Source: an uncultured Gemmatimonadales bacterium (GTDB lineage Bacteria > Gemmatimonadota > Gemmatimonadetes > Gemmatimonadales > Gemmatimonadaceae). Taken from it: a stretch of DNA of 64,000 bases. The translations under genes and the position numbers were made by a program. The notes under the pieces are model-generated. The model was not told the origin of the DNA, ran no database searches, and worked only from the letters and a program-made list of their open reading frames with translations. The DNA is taken from positions 96,001 to 160,000 of the forward strand of contig CAWKNZ010000007.1 in NCBI GenBank assembly GCA_963851265.1. Reading direction: 5' to 3'. Shown here piece after piece: positions 56,466 through 64,000 of this stretch (position 1 is the first letter of the stretch; every line of letters begins with the position of its first letter).

Positions 56466-59170
56466 TTGCCCCGCCGCCCGGCGCCGTCCGGGTGCAGGAT
56501 GCGGTCGATCTGATCGCGCGCGCCCTGCAGGTGCAGGCGCGTCGTGCGGTCGGTCGTGCGCCCCACGGCGGCGGCGATCTCGCGGTCGAGGTCGACGAGC
56601 TCGCCCCGGAGCAGCGCGCGCGCGTCGACGGCGTTGACCGGCGTGAGAAAGCGCACCACCTCGGGCGGCAGCCCCGGCGGGACGGCCGGCGCGGCCGACG
56701 GGTTGAGCTTCGCCCCGATGACGTCGAGGTAGGCGAGCTGCAGCCGGCGCCGGAACGGGTCGATCGCCGCCCCGCGCGGCAGCTCCGTCCAGATGCCGCG
56801 TCGCAGGTCACCGAGCATCTCGCCCACCGCGTAGGTGTCGCGGTCGGCGCCCATCCCCTCCTGCTCGACCATGCGCTGCAGGCGCGCGTTGTCGAGTAGC
56901 GTGTTGAGGATGCGCCGCTGCGCCGTGCCCAGGCGGTCGATCGAGCCCGAGGCCTCGATCTTCCGCAGCACGCTCGGGTCGAGGAGGTACTCGGGGGTCT
57001 GGAAGGCGTTGGCGTTGAGGAACGCGACGGCCGCCTTCTGCCGGGCGCGCGGGATGCGCGAGTAGACCTCGCCCTTCTGGCCGACGTACTTCTCCTGCTT
57101 GTAGTCGCCGCCCGGGATGCGCGCCACGTGCCCGAGCTCGATCGCCCACTGGCCGACGAGGCGGTTGTAGAGCTCCTGGAGGTCGTCGTACGGCTCGCCC
57201 GGGCGCGTCTCGGTCGCGCCCTCGAGCAGGCGGGCCACCCGGCGGATGTTCTTGATGCCTAACGCGGTCGCGCGCACCGCGTCCTGGTCGCCCACCGCCT
57301 CGCTCGCCTCGCCCGGGTCGGGGCCCTGGATGCCCTCGTCGCCGCCGAAGCGGTACCAGGGCACGCTGTCCTGCATGCGCGACCAGCGGTCGGTGGTGGG
57401 CTTCTCCGCGTCCGCGGTGGCCGCGCCCGGGATGGGCGTGTAGCCCCACATGATCGCGTACTTGTCGTAAGGCCCCACGCGCGGCACCAGGTCCTCGAGC
57501 GCGATGTGGTCCTCGGGCTGCGCCACGTAGTTGTAGCGCGAGTAGTCCATGATGCTCGGGCTGTGCCCCATGCGGTGCACCCACGCGGCGGAGCGCACCG
57601 AATCCATCGGGTACATCGAGCTGCCCTTCATGTCGTGGCGCAGCCCCATCGTGTGTCCCACCTCGTGCGCGACGACGAACTGCATCAGCCGCCCCATGAG
57701 GGAGTCGGGGAAGGGCAGGTGCTGCGCGCGCGGGTCGAGCTGGCCGACCTGCGTGAAGTACCAGGCGCGGTTGAGGTTCGTGACGTTATGGAAAATTTGC
57801 ACGTCGGCGTCGAGGATCTCGCCGCTCCGCGGGTCCACCGTGCTCGGACCGACCGCGTTCTCCGTGGCGCTCGGCACCCAGCGCACCATCGAGACGTTCG
57901 CGTTCTCGCCGCGCAGGATCGCCACCGAGTCGCGCGGCACCTCGCGCGCGACGATCCCCTGCTTGAAGCCCGCGGCCTCGAACGCGCTCTGCCACTCCTC
58001 GATCCCCTTCTTCACCCAGGGCACGTAGACGGTGGGCGTCGCCGGGTCCACGTAGTAGGTGATCGGGCGCTTGGGGTAGCAGAGGTTGCCCTCGCGCCGG
58101 TCCGAGCACTCGAGGCGCCAGCGGTTGATGAAGCTGACCCGCCGCACGCGCTGCTCGCGCGAGCCGAAATCGGACTGCTGCGTGTTGAAGTAGCCGACGC
58201 GCTCGTCGGAGAGCCGCGGCTTCATCGGCACGTCGGGCAGTCGGACGAGCGAGAAGTGGTACAGCTCCGTCCCGGTCGGCGTCGGCCCGAAGAGCGCGGC
58301 GACCGGGCTCGCGGCGAGGAAGGGCGACGCGTTGCCGAACGTCTGCGACGCCTCGATCTCGACGTTGCGCGGGTAGGCCGCGACGCTCTCGACGAACGAG
58401 CGCGACGGGTCGGCGCTCGCCCGCGAGCCGCCCTGGAGCAGGTCGGACACGCCGCCCGTGAACAGCCGCGACACCTCGACCACCGCGCTCGAGTCGGGGC
58501 CGTAGGCCTCGACGTTGAACGCGGCGATGATCGGCGCGTACGTCACGATCTCGACCGCGCGCGCGACCGGGTTGGTGGTGTCGGCCACCACGTTGCGGTA
58601 CTCGATGCCGCGCAGCAGCAGGCGGTTCTCGCGGCGCTCCCAGCGCACGAGCCGGTTGCCGGCGAGCGTCGTGAACGCGAGCCCGCCGGACGGCGCCTGC
58701 GTCCCGCGCAGCGTGCGCACGATGAGCATGTCGCGGTTCAGCTGCGCGCGCGGGATCTCGAAGTAGAGGCGCCCGCGGGTGAGGTGCGTCGTGACGAGGC
58801 CGTGCTGCGTGCGCGCCCCCGGCGTGATGACGAAGTTGTACGGGCGCGGGCTCGGGTCGCCGCCCGCGCCGCCCGTCATGCTCGCCATCATCGCGGCGAG
58901 GTTGGGCGGCCCGGCCGCCGGCGTACCGCCCGGCGTCGGCACGCCGGGCGTGCCCGGGGTCGTCGGCGAGGCCGCGGCCTGTGTCGGGCGCGACGACGAC
59001 GACGGCGCGGGGGTGGGCGCGTTCTCGGGCGAGCGCCACTGGCACCCGGACGCGAGGAGCGCCGCGAGCAAGGCGGCGACCGGCGGCATCGCGTGTGACA
59101 GTGTCGCATGCGACGGCGTCGCGCGCGACGGGTGTGCGCGACGGCCGCGCGCGGGCGGGAGGCGAAGCAT
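56462..59170 (-). CDS. Zinc-dependent metalloprotease lipoprotein (metzincin-type; alternative start 59089)
   Basis: HEVGHTMGLRH, SIMDY Met-turn, lipobox ASG-C, DERVGYF and DPRSGEI. Confidence 0.9.
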   Translation of the reverse strand: MLRLPPARGRRAHPSRATPSHATLSHAMPPVAALLAALLASGCQWRSPENAPTPAPSSSSRPTQAAASPTTPGTPGVPTPGGTPAAGPPNLAAMMASMTGGAGGDPSPRPYNFVITPGARTQHGLVTTHLTRGRLYFEIPRAQLNRDMLIVRTLRGTQAPSGGLAFTTLAGNRLVRWERRENRLLLRGIEYRNVVADTTNPVARAVEIVTYAPIIAAFNVEAYGPDSSAVVEVSRLFTGGVSDLLQGGSRASADPSRSFVESVAAYPRNVEIEASQTFGNASPFLAASPVAALFGPTPTGTELYHFSLVRLPDVPMKPRLSDERVGYFNTQQSDFGSREQRVRRVSFINRWRLECSDRREGNLCYPKRPITYYVDPATPTVYVPWVKKGIEEWQSAFEAAGFKQGIVAREVPRDSVAILRGENANVSMVRWVPSATENAVGPSTVDPRSGEILDADVQIFHNVTNLNRAWYFTQVGQLDPRAQHLPFPDSLMGRLMQFVVAHEVGHTMGLRHDMKGSSMYPMDSVRSAAWVHRMGHSPSIMDYSRYNYVAQPEDHIALEDLVPRVGPYDKYAIMWGYTPIPGAATADAEKPTTDRWSRMQDSVPWYRFGGDEGIQGPDPGEASEAVGDQDAVRATALGIKNIRRVARLLEGATETRPGEPYDDLQELYNRLVGQWAIELGHVARIPGGDYKQEKYVGQKGEVYSRIPRARQKAAVAFLNANAFQTPEYLLDPSVLRKIEASGSIDRLGTAQRRILNTLLDNARLQRMVEQEGMGADRDTYAVGEMLGDLRRGIWTELPRGAAIDPFRRRLQLAYLDVIGAKLNPSAAPAVPPGLPPEVVRFLTPVNAVDARALLRGELVDLDREIAAAVGRTTDRTTRLHLQGARDQIDRILHPDGAGRRGN

Positions 59171-59393
59171 CGGGGAATCGAAGGGTCGGGAACGCGCGCG
59201 CGGTCCGGTGTACGCTACGCCGGACCGCGCGCCCTCGCGCCGCCGCCGAGCGGGGCGCGACGCACGACGAAGCTACGGCGCGCGCGTCCGCGGTGTTGGC
59301 GGGGGCTTCGCCGTGAACGCCCGAACGGCATCAACCGTTGCCTCCCGATCCTGACCGCCGCCGCGCCGCGTGGCCTGTTACGCTTCCCCGCCC

Positions 59394-61250
59394 ATGTCCG
59401 ACGTCCTGATCCCGACCATGCCCGACGGGCCCGCGCCTCCCGCGGTGCTCGCGCCCGATCCCGCCGCCCACGCCTACCCTCGCCCGCAGCTCGTGCGCGA
59501 GCAGTGGGTGTCGCTCAACGGCGCGTGGCAGTTCGCCCTCGACCGCACGGGGCACTGGCGACGCCCCGACGAAGTGGTGTGGGACCGCCGCATCGTCGTC
59601 CCGTTCGCGCCCGAGACCGCGGCCAGCGGTGTCGACGATCCCGGCTTCTACCGTCGCTGCTGGTACCGGCGCCGATTCGATGCGCCCGCGCTCGAGCCGG
59701 GCGAGCGCCTCGTACTCCACTTCGGCGCGATCGACTACGAGGCGACGGTGTGGGTGAACGGCGTCGAGGTCACCCGGCACGAGGGCGGCTACACGCCGTT
59801 TCACGTCGACATCACCGACGCGCTCCGCGCCGACGCGCCGCAGGTGCTCATCGTCTGCGCCGACGACGACCCGCAGGACCTCGCGAAGCCGCGCGGGAAG
59901 CAGGACTGGCTCCTCGAGCCGCACTCCATCTGGTACCCGCGCACGACCGGCATCTGGCAGACGGTGTGGACGGAGCGGGTGCCGGGCACGCGCATCACCG
60001 CGCTCCGCTGGTCGGCCAACCTCGAACGGTGGGAGGTGGGCGTGGCGGCGACGGTCGACGGCCCGCGTGCCGCCGACGGACTGCGCCTCGCGGTGCGCCT
60101 GACCGCGCGCGGCGAGACGCTCGCCGACGACGTCTACCTCGTCACGGCAGGCGAGGTGCACCGGCGCATCGCGCTCTCGGATCCGGGGATCGACGACTAC
60201 CGCAACGCGCTCCTGTGGCGCCCCGAGCACCCGACGCTCATCGACGCGGAGCTCACGCTGCTCGCCCCCGACGGCGCGGTGCTCGACCGCGTGACGAGCT
60301 ACTGCGCCCTGCGACAGGTGGGCGTGCAGGGCGATCGCTTCCTGCTCAACGGGCGGCCGTATCACCTGCGCCTCGTGCTCGACCAGGGCTACTGGGCCGC
60401 CACGGGCCTCACCGCGCCCAACGACGCCGCGCTCCGCCACGACGTCGAGCTCGCCAAGGCGCTCGGCTTCAGCGGGGTGCGCAAGCACCAGAAGATCGAG
60501 GACCCGCGCTACCTGTACTGGGCCGACCGCCTCGGGCTCCTCGTGTGGGAAGAGATGCCGAGCCCGTACCGGTTCACGCGGCGCTCGGTGGAGCGGTTGA
60601 CGAAGCAGTGGCTCGAGGTGCTCACGCGCGACGCGAGCCACCCGTGCATCATCGCGTGGGTGCCGTTCAACGAGAGCTGGGGCGTGCCCGACCTCCCCAC
60701 CACCCCCGCGCAGCGGCACTGGGTGTCGGCGCTCTACCACCTCACGCGCACCATGGACCACTCGCGCCCGGTGGTCGGCAACGACGGCTGGGAGAGTGTC
60801 GCGACCGACCTCGTCGGCATCCACGACTACGACGCCGACCCGGAGCGCATGCGCCGCCGCTACCGCCCGGACGTCGAGCTGCCCCAGATCTTCGAGCGCG
60901 AACGGCCCGGCGGCCGCGTGCTCGTGCTCGAGGGGATCGACGAGAACGCGCGCCTGCCCGTGGTGCTCTCGGAGTTCGGCGGCGTCGCGCTCGCACCCGA
61001 CGAGGAGAACACGTGGGGCTACTCGCGGAGCCGCACCACCGAGGAGTTCGCCGACAAGTACCGCGCGCTGCTCGCCGCGGTGAACGGGATCGGCCTGTTC
61101 GCCGGCTTCTGCTACACGCAGTTCGCCGACACCTACCAGGAGGCCAACGGCCTCGTGACGATGGACCGCGCGCCGAAATTCGCGATCGCCGCCATTCGCC
61201 GCGCCACGACCGGGGTGCCCGACCGCAGTTCGGTGACCGGCGCGGCCTGA
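59394..61250 (+). CDS. Glycoside hydrolase family 2
   Basis: YPRPQL..LNGAW, LHFGAIDY, HEGGYTPF, GIWQTVW, LDQGYW, RKHQK, FNESWG (acid/base) and SEFGG (nucleophile). Confidence 0.92.
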   Translation: MSDVLIPTMPDGPAPPAVLAPDPAAHAYPRPQLVREQWVSLNGAWQFALDRTGHWRRPDEVVWDRRIVVPFAPETAASGVDDPGFYRRCWYRRRFDAPALEPGERLVLHFGAIDYEATVWVNGVEVTRHEGGYTPFHVDITDALRADAPQVLIVCADDDPQDLAKPRGKQDWLLEPHSIWYPRTTGIWQTVWTERVPGTRITALRWSANLERWEVGVAATVDGPRAADGLRLAVRLTARGETLADDVYLVTAGEVHRRIALSDPGIDDYRNALLWRPEHPTLIDAELTLLAPDGAVLDRVTSYCALRQVGVQGDRFLLNGRPYHLRLVLDQGYWAATGLTAPNDAALRHDVELAKALGFSGVRKHQKIEDPRYLYWADRLGLLVWEEMPSPYRFTRRSVERLTKQWLEVLTRDASHPCIIAWVPFNESWGVPDLPTTPAQRHWVSALYHLTRTMDHSRPVVGNDGWESVATDLVGIHDYDADPERMRRRYRPDVELPQIFERERPGGRVLVLEGIDENARLPVVLSEFGGVALAPDEENTWGYSRSRTTEEFADKYRALLAAVNGIGLFAGFCYTQFADTYQEANGLVTMDRAPKFAIAAIRRATTGVPDRSSVTGAA

Positions 61251-61308
61251 GCCGGGCCGGCCCGCCCCGCCGCGCACGCCGTGCGCGGATCTTGCCCTCG
61301 TCCGGGGC

Positions 61309-62115
61309 ATGCCGACGCGCCTAACGCACGACCTGCTCGACGAGCGCCCGCTCCCCGGCGGGGGCCGCCGGATCACGCTCCGCTTCGGACGCGAGGGCGA
61401 AGCCGAGCGCGTGCCGGGGCTGCTGCTCGTCCCCGACGGCGCCGGCCCGACCCGGCTGGCGCCCGCGGCGGTCCTCCTCCACGGCTACTCGTCGCGCAAG
61501 GAAGACATGGCCGAGTTGGTGGGGCACGGACTGCTGGCGCGCGGCATCGCCTCGCTCGCCATCGACCTGCCGTTGCACGGCGAGCGGCGCGGCGACGTCG
61601 ACTTCCGCTCGGTGCGCAACCCGCTCGCGCTCGCGCAGGCCTGGCGCCGCGGCCTCGCCGACGGCAAGCTCGCGCTCGGCTACCTCGGCGCCCGCCCCGA
61701 GGTCGACGCCGACCGCCTCGCGCTCACGGGCTACTCGATGGGCAGCTTCCTCGGCGTGCAGATCGCGGCCGACGCGCCGGCCGTGCGCGCCCTCGTCCTC
61801 GCCGCCGGCGGCGACCTGCCCACGGGTACGCCGTTCGACCGCCTCGTGCGCGCCATGGCCGACCCGCTCAAGGCGGTGCGGCGCTTCGACGGGCGCCCGC
61901 TGCTGATGGTCCACGGCCGGCGCGACAGTACGGTACGCCCCGAGCAGGCGCAGCGCCTGTTCGACGCGGCCGAGGAGCCGAAGGAGCTGCGCTGGTACGA
62001 CGCCGGGCACTACCTACCGGCGTCGGCGATCGACGACGCCGTGGCGTGGCTCTCGGAGCGCCTCGCGCGCCGGAGCGGCGTCCAGGGGCGCGGCGAGAGC
62101 GCACGCTCCGCGTGA
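61309..62115 (+). CDS. Alpha/beta-fold hydrolase
   Basis: LLHGY, GYSMG, HGRRD and AGH catalytic-triad motifs. Confidence 0.88.
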   Translation: MPTRLTHDLLDERPLPGGGRRITLRFGREGEAERVPGLLLVPDGAGPTRLAPAAVLLHGYSSRKEDMAELVGHGLLARGIASLAIDLPLHGERRGDVDFRSVRNPLALAQAWRRGLADGKLALGYLGARPEVDADRLALTGYSMGSFLGVQIAADAPAVRALVLAAGGDLPTGTPFDRLVRAMADPLKAVRRFDGRPLLMVHGRRDSTVRPEQAQRLFDAAEEPKELRWYDAGHYLPASAIDDAVAWLSERLARRSGVQGRGESARSA

Positions 62116-62124
62116 CGACGCGCT

Positions 62125-63519
62125 CTGCCGACCGCGTGCGAGATCGCGGCGGGCGTGCGCGCCGGCACGCTCGGCGCGCGCGCGGTCGTGCGCGAGGCGC
62201 TCGCGCGCATCGCCGCGCGCGACCCAGCGGTAGGCGCGTTCGAGCGCGTGCGCGACGCGGAGGCGCTCGCCGAAGCCGGGGCGGTGGCCGAGCGCCCGGA
62301 CCGGGCGCGACTGCCGCTCGCCGGCGTGCCGGTCGCGGTCAAGAACAACGTCGACGTCGCCGGCGAGGTCACCGCTAACGGCACGCTCGCGTGCGCGCCG
62401 CACCCGGCCGCGCGCGATCACCCGACCGTCGCGCGGCTGCGCGCCGCCGGCGCGGTCGTCGTCGGCGTCACGCGCGTGCCCGAGCTGTGCCTCTGGCCGT
62501 TCACCGACGGCCCGCGCGGCACGGCCCGCAACCCGTGGGACCCCGCGCACACGCCGGGCGGCTCGAGCGGCGGCAGCGCCGCCGCGGTCGCGGCGGGGAT
62601 GGTCCCGCTCGCGTTAGGCAACGACGGGCTCGGCTCGATCCGCATCCCGGCCGCGTGCTGCGGACTCTTCGGCCTCAAGCCCGGCCGCGGGGTGGTGCCG
62701 GCCGAGGTCGGCGCGCACGCGTGGTTCGGATGGTCGGAGAACGGGCCGCTCGCGACCACCGTCGACGACGCGGCGCTCATGTTCGCGGTGCTCGCGGGGC
62801 GCGACCACGCGGACGGCGCGCGCGACACGTTCGCCCGCGAGGCCGGCGCGGTCTCGGGGACGCCCTCGCGGCTCCGCGTCGCCGTCGCGCTCGGCCCCCC
62901 GACGCCCGGCGTGCGCGTGGATCCGGCGTGGCGCGCGGCGGGCGCGCGGGCGGCCGCCGCGCTCGCCGAGGCGGGGCACCGCGTGACGTCCGCCGCCCCG
63001 CCCGCGCCCCTCCGCTTCGTGCCGCGGATCCTCGCCACCTGGATGGCCGGCGCCGGTGACGATGCCGACGCGCTCGCGGCCGCTGGCGGCGATCTCACGC
63101 GCCTCGAACGCCGGACGAAGCGGCACATCGCGGCCGGGCGGCGCCTGCGCACGCTCGGCCTCGTGCGGCAGGAGGACCGCGACGCGTGGCGTGCGCTGCA
63201 GCTGCGCTTCTTCGACGACTACGACCTGCTCGTCACGCCGACGCTCGCCCGCGCCCCGCTTCCGGCGGACGGGTGGGCGCGCCGCGGGTGGCTCGCGACG
63301 CTCAAGGCGTCGGTCGACGTGGCGCCGTTCACCGGAGGGTGGAACGTGGCCGGATTCCCGGCCGCGAGCGTGCCGATGGGCGTCGACGCGCGAGGGCTGC
63401 CCGTCGCGGCGCAACTCGTCGCGCCGCCCGGTGGCGAGCAGCAGCTGCTCGACGTCGCCCGGCTACTCGAGCGATCGCTGCCGTGGCCGCGCACCGCGCG
63501 TGTTGGTCAGCTTGACTAA
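62125..63519 (+). CDS. Amidase-signature-family amidase (start uncertain: CTG 62125 or GTG 62155)
   Basis: PLAGVPVAVK, NPWD..TPGGSSGGSAAAVAAG and GNDGLGSIRIPA. Confidence 0.9.
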   Translation: MPTACEIAAGVRAGTLGARAVVREALARIAARDPAVGAFERVRDAEALAEAGAVAERPDRARLPLAGVPVAVKNNVDVAGEVTANGTLACAPHPAARDHPTVARLRAAGAVVVGVTRVPELCLWPFTDGPRGTARNPWDPAHTPGGSSGGSAAAVAAGMVPLALGNDGLGSIRIPAACCGLFGLKPGRGVVPAEVGAHAWFGWSENGPLATTVDDAALMFAVLAGRDHADGARDTFAREAGAVSGTPSRLRVAVALGPPTPGVRVDPAWRAAGARAAAALAEAGHRVTSAAPPAPLRFVPRILATWMAGAGDDADALAAAGGDLTRLERRTKRHIAAGRRLRTLGLVRQEDRDAWRALQLRFFDDYDLLVTPTLARAPLPADGWARRGWLATLKASVDVAPFTGGWNVAGFPAASVPMGVDARGLPVAAQLVAPPGGEQQLLDVARLLERSLPWPRTARVGQLD

Positions 63520-63541
63520 AATGTACGACGCGCTCTACGAT
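63512..63541 (+). promoter_or_regulatory. Sigma70-type promoter of the toxin-antitoxin operon
   Basis: TTGACT-N18-TACGAT, flanked by inverted repeats at 63503-63519 and 63544-63559. Confidence 0.6.
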
Positions 63542-63568
63542 GCCCGGACCTCAGTCCGGAGCGCCGTC

Positions 63569-63910
63569 ATGGCGAAGCACGAGTACCGCCCGAAGACTCC
63601 GTCGCCGCGCTCGCCGCGCGTGAGCGAGCCGACGACGCTCAACCTGTACGAAGCCAAGACGCACCTGTCCGACCTCGTCGAGCGTGCGTCGCGCGGCGAA
63701 GAGATCGTGATCGCGAAGGCGGGCACGCCGATGGCGCGCCTGGTCCCGCTCGCCGTGCCCGACAAACCGATCCTGCGGAAGCCCGGGATGTGGAAAGGTA
63801 AGATTTGGGTGGCGGACGACTTCGACGACCCGCTGCCGCCGGCGATTCGGAAGGATCTCGATGACCCGCAAATCTTCCCCGAGAATTGGGACGCCGAGAG
63901 ACGCCGGTGA
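63569..63910 (+). CDS. Phd/YefM-family antitoxin (alternative GTG start 63620)
   Basis: NLYEAKTHLSDLVERASRGEEIVIAKAGTPMARLVP...PG.WKGKIW..DDFDDPLP. Confidence 0.9.
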   Translation: MAKHEYRPKTPSPRSPRVSEPTTLNLYEAKTHLSDLVERASRGEEIVIAKAGTPMARLVPLAVPDKPILRKPGMWKGKIWVADDFDDPLPPAIRKDLDDPQIFPENWDAERRR

Positions 63911-64000
63911 CCCTCACCGCGACCGGAATGTCCGAAGGCCGTCTGCTGCTCGATACGCACGTTTTCCTCTGGTGGCAGGAGGAGTCGGAGCGCCTTGCAC
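63907..64000 (+). CDS. vapC: VapC/PIN-domain toxin, N-terminus (truncated by window edge)
   Basis: Manual translation from the GTGA overlap: VTLTATGMSEGRLLLDTHVFLWWQEESERL, with the PIN-type LLDTH motif. Confidence 0.8.
   Translation, partial: MTLTATGMSEGRLLLDTHVFLWWQEESERLA

Noticed and set aside
10094..62619. Integron attC sites or cassette array suggested by GCCTAAC (RYYYAAC) and GTTAGGC (GTTRRRY)
   Set aside because: The copies are isolated and mostly inside genes. None form a GCCTAAC...GTTAGGC pair 55-140 bp apart after a stop codon, and no integrase is present.
1..64000. CRISPR array, tRNA or rRNA genes
   Set aside because: No regularly spaced repeat-spacer pattern or recognisable structural RNA gene was seen by eye; not excluded computationally.
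1..64000. Frequent GCGATCGC/CGATCG (HIP1-like) words
   Set aside because: Readily explained by high GC and common codons (GCG ATC GCN). Enrichment cannot be supported without counting.

Overview
Very GC-rich bacterial DNA in two parts. (1) Positions 1 to ~40.4 kb are a large surface-polysaccharide locus, mostly on the minus strand and translationally coupled. It has a sigma54-type (NtrC-family) activator, wzm/wzt, neuB-neuC-neuA, an AsnB-type amidotransferase, a 2OG-Fe(II) oxygenase and two paralogous 'SWDNL' GT-B-like proteins. It also has several GT2/GT4 enzymes, a Wzy/WaaL-like membrane protein, a PaaK/CapK-like ligase, an orphan MsrQ-like protein, rfbF-rfbG-rfbH-like CDP-deoxysugar genes with a sugar C-methyltransferase, four more SAM methyltransferases, a Wzx flippase and two paralogous beta-helix lipoproteins. 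(2) After an internally deleted IS5-family element at ~40.5-40.9 kb there is an ordinary, even more GC-rich backbone: SDR, S9 peptidase, acetamidase, three MFS transporters, LLM oxidoreductase, phosphoesterase, PLP dehydratase, Zn metalloprotease, GH2, hydrolase, amidase and a phd/vapC toxin-antitoxin pair running off the right edge. The most unusual signal is the heptamer GTTAGGC/GCCTAAC. I found it 21 times by eye on both strands, and it is written into coding sequences with otherwise avoided codons (TTA-GGC, CTA-ACN), which suggests a HIP1/DUS/Chi-like dispersed DNA motif. All product calls come from motif recognition without database searches, and start codons are best guesses.
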